Source: Candidatus Omnitrophica bacterium CG11_big_fil_rev_8_21_14_0_20_64_10 (GTDB lineage: Bacteria; Omnitrophota; Gorgyraeia; 1-14-0-20-64-10). Taken from it: a stretch of DNA of 64,000 bases. Of this stretch, positions 8,972-18,122 are shown piece by piece. The notes below the pieces were generated by a model. That model saw nothing but the letters and a program-made list of their open reading frames with translations, had not been told where the DNA came from and made no database searches. Position 1 is the stretch's first letter; the number at the start of each line of letters is the position of its first letter. The DNA is taken from assembly GCA_002787095.1 (NCBI GenBank), contig PCVW01000010.1, positions 7,774-71,773 of the forward strand, written 5' to 3'. Both the position numbers and the translations under genes were made by a program.

Positions 8972-9957
8972 TGCGCCAGGGTCTCCGCTTGGGCCGTCAC
9001 GGTTTCCGGGCTCGGATCAAACAGGAGCCGGCAGAGGTCCCCCATCGGCCGCCACCGCTTCAGCAGCCGTTCGTGCGTCTTGGGGGCGACGATGATCGTC
9101 GGGGTCCCGACCGCCGACGCGATGTGGGCCGGACCGCTGTCATTGCTGATTAGGAGCCGGCTTCGCTTGAGCAGGGCCCCCAAGCGCTCCAGGGGGACCT
9201 GCCCCACGCCGTCGATCGTTCCGGGCGGCAGCTCCTTTTCAAGGGATTCCATCCGGGGCCGGTTCTCCGTTCCCCCGATCAAGCAGATCCGTTTTCCCTC
9301 CTGGCTCAGGCGCCGGACGACTTCGCAGAAGGATTCCAGCGGCCAACTCTTTTCAGGATTACTGGTCCAGGGATGGATCGTGATCAGCGGTTCCCCCGGG
9401 TTGATCCCCTGCTGTTGGAGCCAGGACTCAATGCCGGCGGCCGCCGCCGGCGGGACCGGCAGCGGTACGGCCGCCGGCGCCTCCGGAAGCGGCTGAGGCG
9501 ACCCAAGCCCCAGCAGTTGGACCAGCTCCAGGTTGTATCGCGACTCATGGAGCTCCCGCTCCGCCTTGGTGTCCTCCAGGGTCCGATTCAGCAGGAAGCT
9601 CCATTTCCGGTGGTAGCCGATCCGGACCGGGATCCCCGCCAAAAAACAGGCGGCGTGAAAAAGCCGGGTGGGATTCAGCACCACGGCGGCACCGAACCGT
9701 TCCGGACGGAGCCGCTTTCCCCATCGCCACGCGGCGCCGAGGTTGTTCCCTTCATCGGGGGACCAGCCGATCAGCCGGTCGACGCCGGGGTAGCCTTCCA
9801 TCAGAGGGCGCACCGGCTGCTGCAGCAGAAGGGTCAATTCCGCCGCCGGGAAAGCGGCCCGAACCCAGGCCAGAGCCGGCAGGTTCATCAGGAGGTCCCC
9901 GATCCGGTCGGTCCGGATCAACAGGATCCGTTCAGGCGGCGCCGGTTGAGCGGTCAT
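8959..9957 (-). CDS. GT9 heptosyltransferase-like glycosyltransferase
   Basis: RTDRIGDLLM, IHP..KSWP, SNDSGPAHIASAVG. Confidence 0.9.
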   Translation of the reverse strand: MTAQPAPPERILLIRTDRIGDLLMNLPALAWVRAAFPAAELTLLLQQPVRPLMEGYPGVDRLIGWSPDEGNNLGAAWRWGKRLRPERFGAAVVLNPTRLFHAACFLAGIPVRIGYHRKWSFLLNRTLEDTKAERELHESRYNLELVQLLGLGSPQPLPEAPAAVPLPVPPAAAAGIESWLQQQGINPGEPLITIHPWTSNPEKSWPLESFCEVVRRLSQEGKRICLIGGTENRPRMESLEKELPPGTIDGVGQVPLERLGALLKRSRLLISNDSGPAHIASAVGTPTIIVAPKTHERLLKRWRPMGDLCRLLFDPSPETVTAQAETLAQCGS

Positions 9958-11209
9958 GGCGAAGGGTTCGGGCGGTCCCCCAGACGGCGCCGGCCAGCGT
10001 CCAAAAGAGAGCCGACTGCCGCAGGGCGTAGAGTTGTGTGTCGAAGGCGATCTGGACCGCGAAAGCGGTCAAGGCCGCCAACCCGGCGGCCAGATCCACT
10101 CGGATCATCCGGGGGTCGTCGGCGGAAGGGGTTCGGATCGCCCGAATCGCGTGGATCGCGCCGGTGATCCCGAAGACCAGGAAGAGGCTCAACCCCACGA
10201 GCCCCGTCTCGGCGGCGATCTGCAGATAGCAGTTGTGGGCGTAGGCCGGACCGCCGGCGGTTCCCTGCCCGACGAACCGGTCGTAATTCGCCATGAAGGT
10301 GTTGAGCCCCTGTCCCAACAGCGGTTTGTCCAGGAACATCTGCCAGGCGGTCTTGAACCAGATCAACCGTTCGATGGACGAAGCATCCCGGAGCGCGGCC
10401 AGTTTCCCCCAGGCGTCGGTTTGAAAGAACATGTAGCCGTTGGCGGCCAACAGTCCGATCCCGGCCGGAATCCAGAACCGCCACCGCCCCGGTTTCAGAC
10501 ACAGGAGCAGAACGGCCGCCGCGGTTAGGCCGATCATCGAAGCCCGGGAGCGGGTTCCGATGATTGCGATCAGCAGCATCGCGAGCAGCAGGGTGAAGCC
10601 GCTGGAGAAGAGGCGGCCGGTCCAGTGGATCCGGACCAGCGCGATCGCCGCCGCCATCATCAGCAGGGTCGCCAGGTCGTTGGGATTGGTGTAGGGCCCC
10701 ATGAACCGCCCGTAGATCAGCGGTTTTCCAAGGACGGGGTCTGCGATGACGAGGCCGGGGTGCGTATTTCCCCAGACCGCCTGCTGCTGCAGGAAGGAGT
10801 GGAGCAGGACCAGGAGCGTCACCGTGACCAGGGCCCGCAGACAGCGGCGCAGCACGCCGGGCGTTTCGGCGATCCGTCCGGCGATGAAAAAGAAGAAGCC
10901 GTATTCCAATGTTTTTCGGATCCATCCGGCGATGCTCAAGCCCGGATGGGTGCTGAAGAAAACGGTGACGCCGCAGATTGTGAGATAGACGATCAGCCAG
11001 AAGCCGACCGGACGCCCCGGCCCCGGTTCCACCGGGAAGTTTCCCGGTCGGGGAATCCCCCAGCCGATCAGCCAGCAGGCAAGCAGGACGAAGAAGAGGA
11101 TTTCGATCGCCGCATTGGAATAGGGGATGACGAAAAAGAGAAGCGGAAGCGCCGACCGGCCGATGGTTCGGGCCGGCGGCCATCCCGCCCCTCGTTCGGT
11201 TTCGGTCAT
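9932..11209 (-). CDS. O-antigen ligase family (Wzy_C) membrane protein
   Basis: Multiple TM helices; NPND, TRSR, R..W..AWQMFLDKPLLGQG, AHNCYLQIAAETGLVG; start trimmed to MTETER. Confidence 0.88.
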   Translation of the reverse strand: MTETERGAGWPPARTIGRSALPLLFFVIPYSNAAIEILFFVLLACWLIGWGIPRPGNFPVEPGPGRPVGFWLIVYLTICGVTVFFSTHPGLSIAGWIRKTLEYGFFFFIAGRIAETPGVLRRCLRALVTVTLLVLLHSFLQQQAVWGNTHPGLVIADPVLGKPLIYGRFMGPYTNPNDLATLLMMAAAIALVRIHWTGRLFSSGFTLLLAMLLIAIIGTRSRASMIGLTAAAVLLLCLKPGRWRFWIPAGIGLLAANGYMFFQTDAWGKLAALRDASSIERLIWFKTAWQMFLDKPLLGQGLNTFMANYDRFVGQGTAGGPAYAHNCYLQIAAETGLVGLSLFLVFGITGAIHAIRAIRTPSADDPRMIRVDLAAGLAALTAFAVQIAFDTQLYALRQSALFWTLAGAVWGTARTLRHDRSTGAA

Positions 11210-13008
11210 GGCGGATCTTGCAGGAAGGCCTGTTCGTCCGGAAGCAGGGTGTTCGCCATTCGCCAAGGGAGGGCATGTTCCTCGCAGGTGATTTGGACAT
11301 GCCGCACCAGATCAGCCGGCGGCCGGCGGATTGCGATCCAAACCTCCTGCACCGACCGTTCATGCAGCAGCCGGCCCAGCATCTGCCGGGGGCCGAGGAT
11401 CCGGACCCCATGGATCTGGCTGCCCCGCTTGGCCGGATCGTCGTCCAGAAATCCGACGATCTTCCTTCGGGATTGGGGCATCTGTTTGACTTGGCGGCTC
11501 AGCATCGCGCCGGTGTCGCCGGCCCCGATCACCAGGATTGCCCGGCTTTGGCCGGTTGAGAGCAAGATCCATTCGTCCAACAGCCGTTCGGTGACGCGGA
11601 CCCCTCCGATGAGGATGAAGAGGAGCAGCGCGTCAATGACGAAGGTCGTCCGGGAATACCCTTCGAACTTCCAGAGCATCAGGACGGCGATGGCCGAAAA
11701 GACCGATCCCAGCAGGACCGCCCGAAGAATGTTGACGAGGTCAGGAATGCCGGTGTAGCGCCAGATCCCCCGGTAGAGGCCGCAAGAAAAGAAGCAGAGC
11801 ATCTTGACGCCGATCACCAGCGGCAGCGTTCGGCCGATCAGCTGCTGTGTTTCAGCGGTCAGGCCCCCCTCGTAACGCAGCAGATGGGCGAACACATAGG
11901 CGGCGCAGATCATCGTGAAGTCAATGCCGACCTCAACGATCCGTCGTTTGTGGAGCAGCATCGTCTGGATCAGGGTCACCCGCTCCTGGGGATGAGGGGT
12001 CCAGCCGGCTGGACCGGTATAGACCCGGACCTTGCCGAGATAGATGCCGAAGATCAGGAACCCGCCAACGGCGAGCAGCCAGACGCCGGCAATGGTCAGC
12101 GGCAGCTGACGGGTCATCGCGACGCTGAGGAGGCCGAATCCAATCGAGATCCCGTAGAGGGTGAAGACCACCTGCCGGGTGGTCAGTCCCAGAATACTCA
12201 TCCGGTGGGAAAGATGGTCGGTCCCCCCCTGGAATGGGGAGCGGCCGTGCGTCATCCGCTGCAGGGTGACGAACAGGGTGTCGAAGATCGGCACCGCCAG
12301 CAGCAGCGACGGCAAGGCCAGGATCCCGACCAGCCGGGTAGATTGCTGCCAGGTGCCGGCCAGCGCCAAGGCTCCCAGCCCCAGTCCCAGCACCTGGCTG
12401 CCGGAGTCCCCCAGGAAGACCTTGGCCGGCGGCAGATTGAACCGGAGAAAGGCGAGCGCGCTGCCCCCAATGGCCGCCGCAATCACCGCCACATCCGCCT
12501 GCCCTACTGCGGCGGCGTGCCAAACACAAAAAAAGGCGGCGATTGCCCCGATCCCCGCCGCCAAACCGTCCATGTTGTCGATCAGATTGAAAGCGTTCAT
12601 CATCAGAATCAACCAGCCGATCGTGACCGGGGTTTCAAGCCACGGAACCGGCAGGGAGACCTGGATGCCGCACAGGGGGACCGCGCAGGCGGCGATGATT
12701 TGGGCGACCAATTTCGCATAGGGACTCAGCCGGCGGATGTCGTCCACCATCCCGATGCCCAGCATCAGGATTCCCGCCAGGGCCAGACCGATCAGGGTCT
12801 TGTCCTGGGGGATCTGTGAAGCGATTGCCGCCAGGAAGCTCAGCGCCAGCGGGACCCCTCCCAGGCGGGCGATCACCCGCCGGCCCCAGCGGTCGTTCGA
12901 GGGGTGGGAAACCCATCCCTGTGCAACGGCCAGGCGGCGGATCAAGGGGGTGCTCAGCAGCATGAAAAGGCCGGCGCCCCCTCCCCAGATCAGAATCGAT
13001 GGAAACAT
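11206..13008 (-). CDS. WecA/MraY-family polyprenyl-phosphate HexNAc-1-P transferase fused to a CapD/PglF-like N-terminal membrane plus Rossmann region
   Basis: LGG, GMVDD, NAFNLIDNMDGL, FLGDSGS, DHLSHR; then GLYRGIWRY, VIGAGDTG, GFLDDDP. Start is 13008 or 13023. Confidence 0.85.
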   Translation of the reverse strand: MFPSILIWGGGAGLFMLLSTPLIRRLAVAQGWVSHPSNDRWGRRVIARLGGVPLALSFLAAIASQIPQDKTLIGLALAGILMLGIGMVDDIRRLSPYAKLVAQIIAACAVPLCGIQVSLPVPWLETPVTIGWLILMMNAFNLIDNMDGLAAGIGAIAAFFCVWHAAAVGQADVAVIAAAIGGSALAFLRFNLPPAKVFLGDSGSQVLGLGLGALALAGTWQQSTRLVGILALPSLLLAVPIFDTLFVTLQRMTHGRSPFQGGTDHLSHRMSILGLTTRQVVFTLYGISIGFGLLSVAMTRQLPLTIAGVWLLAVGGFLIFGIYLGKVRVYTGPAGWTPHPQERVTLIQTMLLHKRRIVEVGIDFTMICAAYVFAHLLRYEGGLTAETQQLIGRTLPLVIGVKMLCFFSCGLYRGIWRYTGIPDLVNILRAVLLGSVFSAIAVLMLWKFEGYSRTTFVIDALLLFILIGGVRVTERLLDEWILLSTGQSRAILVIGAGDTGAMLSRQVKQMPQSRRKIVGFLDDDPAKRGSQIHGVRILGPRQMLGRLLHERSVQEVWIAIRRPPADLVRHVQITCEEHALPWRMANTLLPDEQAFLQDPP

Positions 13009-13009
13009 G

Positions 13010-13858
13010 TCAGTCGGATCCATTATAGCGTACCCGGCGGGCCTGCAGCCGCTGCACCCACCGGTACCAGTCATAGCATCCGGCGGCTCCCTTTCGGATC
13101 TCCTCGGGGTCGTCTCCCCAGCTGAGGCGGATCCGCTTGAGACAAAGGGGATCGGTTCCAGAAGCGGTTTCCACCCCCCAGACGGTTGTGCAGGCGGTTT
13201 GGAACTTGTGCCGTTCCAAGAGGGTTCGGGTCGCGGGGGTGAAGGTGCCGTAGGTACCGTAGGGATAGGCGAAGTGGACCGGTGGGGTCCCGATCCGCTC
13301 CTGAATGATTTGTCGGGAGCGTTCCAGTTCCCGCTCTGCTTCCTCCAGCGGCAGGTGGCTCAGGGGATGGTGGGCATCGGTGTGGCTGCCGATCGTCCAG
13401 CCCGGTTCGGAAGCGAGACGCCGCAGCTCCGGCCAGGTCATCGGACGGCCCAACGCCGGTCCGGTCCAGGAGAAGGCTGGCCGGCCGATCCAGCCGGTTG
13501 CGACGAACAAGGTGGCTGGGACCCGATGCCGCGCCAGAATGGCCTGGGCATGTTCCAGAACGCCGAGGTAGCCGTCATCAAAGGTGACCGCGACCCAGGG
13601 TCCCCCGTCGGCTCCCCGCCGCAGGAGGTTGACCCCCTGCCCCAGCTCGACCGGCGTCAACCCGGCCGGCCGGAGGAGCGCCAGATGGCTTTCCAGCCGT
13701 TCCGCGGAGATGCTCACCTGCAGTGGATCCTCGACCGGTGCGGCGGTGACCGCGTGGTACATCAGAATGGTCAGGGAGCGGGCCGGGATCTGCCGCAGCC
13801 CGAGCCGGTGCAGCCCGGCCCCGACTGCCTGCCGGATCCGGAGCCGAGCCGGCTTCAT
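13010..13858 (-). CDS. Polysaccharide deacetylase (CE4, IcaB/PgaB-like)
   Basis: ILMYH, VTFDDGY, GSHTDAH, FAYPYG; start trimmed to MKPARL. Confidence 0.9.
   Translation of the reverse strand: MKPARLRIRQAVGAGLHRLGLRQIPARSLTILMYHAVTAAPVEDPLQVSISAERLESHLALLRPAGLTPVELGQGVNLLRRGADGGPWVAVTFDDGYLGVLEHAQAILARHRVPATLFVATGWIGRPAFSWTGPALGRPMTWPELRRLASEPGWTIGSHTDAHHPLSHLPLEEAERELERSRQIIQERIGTPPVHFAYPYGTYGTFTPATRTLLERHKFQTACTTVWGVETASGTDPLCLKRIRLSWGDDPEEIRKGAAGCYDWYRWVQRLQARRVRYNGSD
13022..13027 (-). promoter_or_regulatory. Putative -10 TATAAT for the WecA-fusion gene
   Basis: Perfect TATAAT inside the last codons of the deacetylase gene, 13 nt before ATG 13008; no clear -35. Confidence 0.4.
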
Positions 13859-14685
13859 CCCGGCTTCGTCAGCTCCAGGATTCCCTCCCGGCCCCAACCG
13901 CGCAGCGGTCCGTTCGGAAGGGATAGGTTCGCGATCCGGTCCCACGCCCGGGTCAGCGGCGACAGAGCAGGGATTTGGAATGGAAAGTGGTGGCAATGAA
14001 ATTGGGGCGGTCCCTGCGGAGCCAGTCCCGCCTCCCGGGCCAGCCGGGTGACGCTTGCGGCCGAGAAGAACCGGTTGGGGATGTCGGCCCGGAAGGAGAG
14101 CCGCTGCTCATCGGGGCGGCGGAGCAGTCCGAGCCCGGCGCCCAGAGCGGCCGCGATGCGGACCGATTGAACGGCGGCCCGATGCAGGCTGTTTAAGGGA
14201 GCGCGATTGTTTGGAAAGGTCAGGAGGATTTGTCCGCCCGGGCGGAGGGTCCGGGCCATTTCTCTGATTGCCGGTTGGATGTCCGGCAGGTACTGCAGCA
14301 CCCCGCTGCAGAGAATGGCGTCAAAAACGCTGTCGGAAAACGGCAGTCGGCCGATCTCTCCGACCCCGTGATGGGCCCGGGCCGCGGCGGGATGCCCGGC
14401 AAGGGACTGTCGGCCGAGCCGGATCATCTCGCGGGAAAGGTCCATCGTCCAGCATTCGGCGCCGAGCGCCAGGAGCGCTTCCGTGAAAACGGCCGGACCG
14501 GCCCCGATGTCCAGAACCCGGCCCGGAGGTTGCTTCAATCGTTCGAGGAGAAGCCGGCGCCGTTCCCGGAAGATTTCACCGCGGGCCTCGCCGGTCCGCT
14601 CGTAAGCGGCTTGATAGGGGGCGGCATCCCGGTCGAAATAGGTTTTGACGGTTTGTTCGGCGGACGGCAGCGGGCGGCCGGTCAC
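13855..14685 (-). CDS. Class I SAM-dependent methyltransferase
   Basis: VLDIGAGP, LPFSDSVFD, LRPGG; GTG start overlaps upstream TGA. Confidence 0.85.
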   Translation of the reverse strand: MTGRPLPSAEQTVKTYFDRDAAPYQAAYERTGEARGEIFRERRRLLLERLKQPPGRVLDIGAGPAVFTEALLALGAECWTMDLSREMIRLGRQSLAGHPAAARAHHGVGEIGRLPFSDSVFDAILCSGVLQYLPDIQPAIREMARTLRPGGQILLTFPNNRAPLNSLHRAAVQSVRIAAALGAGLGLLRRPDEQRLSFRADIPNRFFSAASVTRLAREAGLAPQGPPQFHCHHFPFQIPALSPLTRAWDRIANLSLPNGPLRGWGREGILELTKPG

Positions 14686-15665
14686 TTCACGGAGATCAGG
14701 TCGGGGGTCTTCTGGGTATAGTCGATCACATCCTGAATGATCGACTTCAAGTCCCGGGTCGGTCGGAATCCGACGAACTCCCGCGCTTTCGTGGTGTCGG
14801 GGACCCGCCGCTGCATGTCTTCAAAACCCTCTTCATAGGCTTCGTCGTAGGGGATGTGCGAGATGCGGGAGCGGCTGCGGGTTTGGGCGATCACCTGCTG
14901 GGCCAGGGATTCGATCGTGACCTCCTCCTGCGAGCCGAGGTTGAAGGCCTGCCCGGCCGCCTTCGGCAGATGGATCAGCTTCATGATTGCCTGCACCGCG
15001 TCTTGCACATGCATGAAACAGCGGGACTGCTTGCCGTCCCCGTAGACGGTCAGCTCGGCTCCCTTGAGGGCCTGTTGGACGAACCGGGGAATGACCATTC
15101 CGTAGGTTCCGGTCTGCCGGGGGCCGACCGTGTTGAACAGGCGGACGATCACCGTGGGCAGCCCTTTCTCCCGCCAGTAGGTGTAGGCCAAGATCTCGTC
15201 GACCGCCTTCGAGGTGGAGTAGGACCACCGGCTCTTCAGAGGGGAGCCCAGGATTCGGTCCTCATCCTCTTTCAGCGGGCCGTGGCTGTTCTTGCCGTAG
15301 ATTTCGGAAGTGGAGGTGATCAGCGTCGGCCGCCGGTAGCGGTTGGCCGCTTCCAGGACAATCTCGGAGCCCCGGATGTTGGTCGTCAGGGATTCGAACG
15401 GCTTCTGAACGATCAGTTCCACCCCGACGGCCGCCGCCAGATGAAAAACCACATCACACCGTTCGACGAATTTGTCGACCAGCCGCTCGTCCAGAATCGA
15501 GCCGACCACCAGCGTGAAGCGGGGGTTTTTCTGAAGCGCTTCGACATTCTGGAGCCGGCCGGTGGAAAGATTGTCCAGGGCCACGACCTCATGTCCCTCC
15601 TGAAGCAGCAACTCTCCGAGATGGGATCCGATGAAGCCGGCCCCGCCTGTGATCAGGGCGCGCAT
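14682..15665 (-). CDS. NAD-dependent nucleotide-sugar epimerase/dehydratase
   Basis: TGGAGFIGSH, HLAAAVGV, STSEIYG, WSYSTSK, RLFNTVGPRQ. Confidence 0.92.
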   Translation of the reverse strand: MRALITGGAGFIGSHLGELLLQEGHEVVALDNLSTGRLQNVEALQKNPRFTLVVGSILDERLVDKFVERCDVVFHLAAAVGVELIVQKPFESLTTNIRGSEIVLEAANRYRRPTLITSTSEIYGKNSHGPLKEDEDRILGSPLKSRWSYSTSKAVDEILAYTYWREKGLPTVIVRLFNTVGPRQTGTYGMVIPRFVQQALKGAELTVYGDGKQSRCFMHVQDAVQAIMKLIHLPKAAGQAFNLGSQEEVTIESLAQQVIAQTRSRSRISHIPYDEAYEEGFEDMQRRVPDTTKAREFVGFRPTRDLKSIIQDVIDYTQKTPDLISVK

Positions 15666-15672
15666 GAGGGGG

Positions 15673-15681
15673 ATTATATCA
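15673..15681 (-). promoter_or_regulatory. Extended -10 promoter TGATATAAT, probably driving a leaderless mRNA
   Basis: TGnTATAAT, then 7 nt (CCCCCTC), then ATG 15665; no Shine-Dalgarno. Confidence 0.7.
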
Positions 15682-16890
15682 CAGCGTTTTGGAAAGGAGC
15701 TCCCGATACTGCCCGTCCATCTGGTCGAGCAGCCGGTCCTTCGTGAAACGGGCCCGGGCGTCGGCCCTGCCCTGCCGTCCCATGGTCCGGCGCTTATCGG
15801 GATGCTCCAGCAACTGCCAGAGGGCGTCGGAAAAGTGGAGGATGTCCCCCTTCCTAACGAGGCATCCGTTTTCCCCGTCCTGGATCACATCCCGGACCCC
15901 TCCCACATCCGTTCCGACGACCGGCGTCCCGCAGGCGAGCGCTTCGATCAGCGCGACCGGCGTCCCTTCGTTGAGGGAGGTCAGGACCGCCGCATCCAGA
16001 TCGGGATAAATCCGTTCCAACTGGCGCCGCCAGCCGAGGAATTGGACCGATTCCCCGAGCCCCCAAAGGGCGGCGATCTGTTCCAGGCGCGGCCGCAGCT
16101 CTCCGTCTCCGATCACCAGGAATTGGATCGGGTCTGCTCCCTCAGCCCGGACCCGGCGGTGAATTAGCCGGGCTGCTTCCAGGAACATCTGGTGGTTTTT
16201 GATCGGAACGAGCCGACCGACGATCCCGACGAGCCGGGTCCGGGGGTCCGCCCCCAGTTCCTTTCGGAAGGCGCCGGCATGCATGGCGGAGTCGAAAAAG
16301 GGATCCAGGTCCAGCCCCAGGTGGACGGTGCGGACTTTCTCGGAAGGGACGACCCGGAATCGACGGGTTAGTTCCTCCCGTTGGCTGGCGCTGATCACAT
16401 AGATCCGGTTGGAGAGACGGCCGAGGAACCGTTCGATCCCCAGAAAGAGGGCTGTTTTCCATTTCGGGAAGTAGCTGTGAAAGACATGGCCGTGAAAGGT
16501 GTGGACCCGGATCCGGACGCCGCAGGCGACCGAGATCAGGCGGCCGAGGGTCCCCGCTTTGGCCATGTGGGTGCAGACGATGTCGGGCCGGAAGCTCCGG
16601 AAGGTCCGCCACAGCTTCAGGGCTGCGATTGCGTCGTGCAGCGGATGGATCCGACGGTGCAGCTCCGGGATGTAAACCAGCCGGACGCCGGCCTGCTCGG
16701 CGGCGCTGCGCATGTCTCCCTCTCCCGGCTCGACCGATCCGGTGATCAGCAGGGTTTCATAGCCCCGCTCCCCCATCTCTCTCGACATCAGGATCGCGTG
16801 CAGGGCCGGCCCGCCGATGTTGAGGCGGGTGATCACACGCGCGACCCGAATCTTCCGCCGTTCCTTCGCCGGAGCCGCTGATGCTTTCAC
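15679..16890 (-). CDS. GT4 glycosyltransferase
   Basis: RVITRLNIGGPA, THMAKAG, HTFHGH, VGRLVPIKN, SLNEGTPVALIEA; GTG start in GTGA overlap. Confidence 0.9.
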   Translation of the reverse strand: MKASAAPAKERRKIRVARVITRLNIGGPALHAILMSREMGERGYETLLITGSVEPGEGDMRSAAEQAGVRLVYIPELHRRIHPLHDAIAALKLWRTFRSFRPDIVCTHMAKAGTLGRLISVACGVRIRVHTFHGHVFHSYFPKWKTALFLGIERFLGRLSNRIYVISASQREELTRRFRVVPSEKVRTVHLGLDLDPFFDSAMHAGAFRKELGADPRTRLVGIVGRLVPIKNHQMFLEAARLIHRRVRAEGADPIQFLVIGDGELRPRLEQIAALWGLGESVQFLGWRRQLERIYPDLDAAVLTSLNEGTPVALIEALACGTPVVGTDVGGVRDVIQDGENGCLVRKGDILHFSDALWQLLEHPDKRRTMGRQGRADARARFTKDRLLDQMDGQYRELLSKTL

Positions 16891-18122
16891 ATCCACCCGT
16901 TGAAACGGTAGTAGGCGACCGCCAACACCTCGTGCAGCAGCCCCTCGATCTGCTTCCAGCGGGGCGGCCGCTCGGTCGGATAGAAAAGACTCTTCTCGAT
17001 CGGCACCGGGATCCAGTCGATCTCGGGGGTTTGCCGGGAGAAGGTGCCGACGGCCCGGCGCATGTGGTAGGGGGAGCTGACCAGCAGGACCTTGCGAGCC
17101 GGGAGTGTTTCCAGCAGGGCGCCGATTCGCCGGGCCTCTTCCAGGGTATTGCGTCCTTCCGATTCCAGCAGGATATTCCGCTCCGGAACGCCGAGCGACA
17201 GGGCGAGCGCCTTCATGACCTCGGTCTCCTGAAAGCGGTAGCTGTAGCCGGAGGCCAACAGGATCTTCGGGGCCCATCCGGCCTGGTACAGGGCCACTCC
17301 CCGGGCCACCCGCTCTTCGTAACCCTGCCCCGGTCGTCCCGATTCTCCGACACCCCCTGCCAGCACGACGATGGCGTCGGCCGGCTGGGGAGGCGCGGCC
17401 TGCTTCAGCGGCTGCGCGAGCCACCAGACCAGCGGGGTGTGAAAGAGAGCGACATAGACCAGGCCGATGGCGAGGGTCACCCGGAAGATTTTTCGGAGGG
17501 AGCGCAGCCAGTCGGCGGCCCACCGCTTCTCCCAATGGTTTTCCCGTTCCCATTGCAGGATCTCCAACTCCCCCTCGATCAGTTCCGTCAACGTCTCCAG
17601 CGGCTGCTGTTCCGGCGCCCAGGTGCAGACCCGGTTGTGCCGCCCGCTCCAGGCGGCCTGACACGCCGGGGTGTCGGCAATGACCAGGTTCACCCGATCC
17701 AGGAGCCGCAATTCCCCCGGCGCTTCGGCGGGCCGGACCGGTCCGGCCGGTTCCGTCAGTTGTTGCCGCAGGATCAGCCGGCTGGCGATCCCCCGGGCGA
17801 GCGCTTCGGCGGGGCGGCCGGCGCCGAAAAGCCAGAGGATTGGCTGATTGAAGTTCATCAGGTGCATCCACCGGCGGAGGATCGGCAGGAAGGTCGGTTG
17901 GGCCATCGCTCCCGGCACCGGCAGGCGGCACCCGTACAAGCGGGGCTCAATTTGGAAGAATCCCCTGCGGGGTTTTCCCGCCGCGATCGGGCCGGCTGTC
18001 TTCGGGAAAATCAGGAGGAGCCGGTTCCCTGCCCGCGCCAGTCGTCGAACCAGGCGGCCGGTCCGGCTTTCCGGATTCCAGGCGGAGGGGATCCAGCAAA
18101 GGATCGTCTGCTGGGTCAGCAT
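16887..18122 (-). CDS. YdcF/DUF218 (ElyC/SanA-like) protein with degenerate GT4 N-lobe and central TM helix
   Basis: ADAIVVLAGG, ERV..G..LY, SG, E..S/GRNTLEEA, VSSPYHMRRA, LHE; N-terminus resembles the neighbouring GT4. Confidence 0.82.
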   Translation of the reverse strand: MLTQQTILCWIPSAWNPESRTGRLVRRLARAGNRLLLIFPKTAGPIAAGKPRRGFFQIEPRLYGCRLPVPGAMAQPTFLPILRRWMHLMNFNQPILWLFGAGRPAEALARGIASRLILRQQLTEPAGPVRPAEAPGELRLLDRVNLVIADTPACQAAWSGRHNRVCTWAPEQQPLETLTELIEGELEILQWERENHWEKRWAADWLRSLRKIFRVTLAIGLVYVALFHTPLVWWLAQPLKQAAPPQPADAIVVLAGGVGESGRPGQGYEERVARGVALYQAGWAPKILLASGYSYRFQETEVMKALALSLGVPERNILLESEGRNTLEEARRIGALLETLPARKVLLVSSPYHMRRAVGTFSRQTPEIDWIPVPIEKSLFYPTERPPRWKQIEGLLHEVLAVAYYRFNGWM

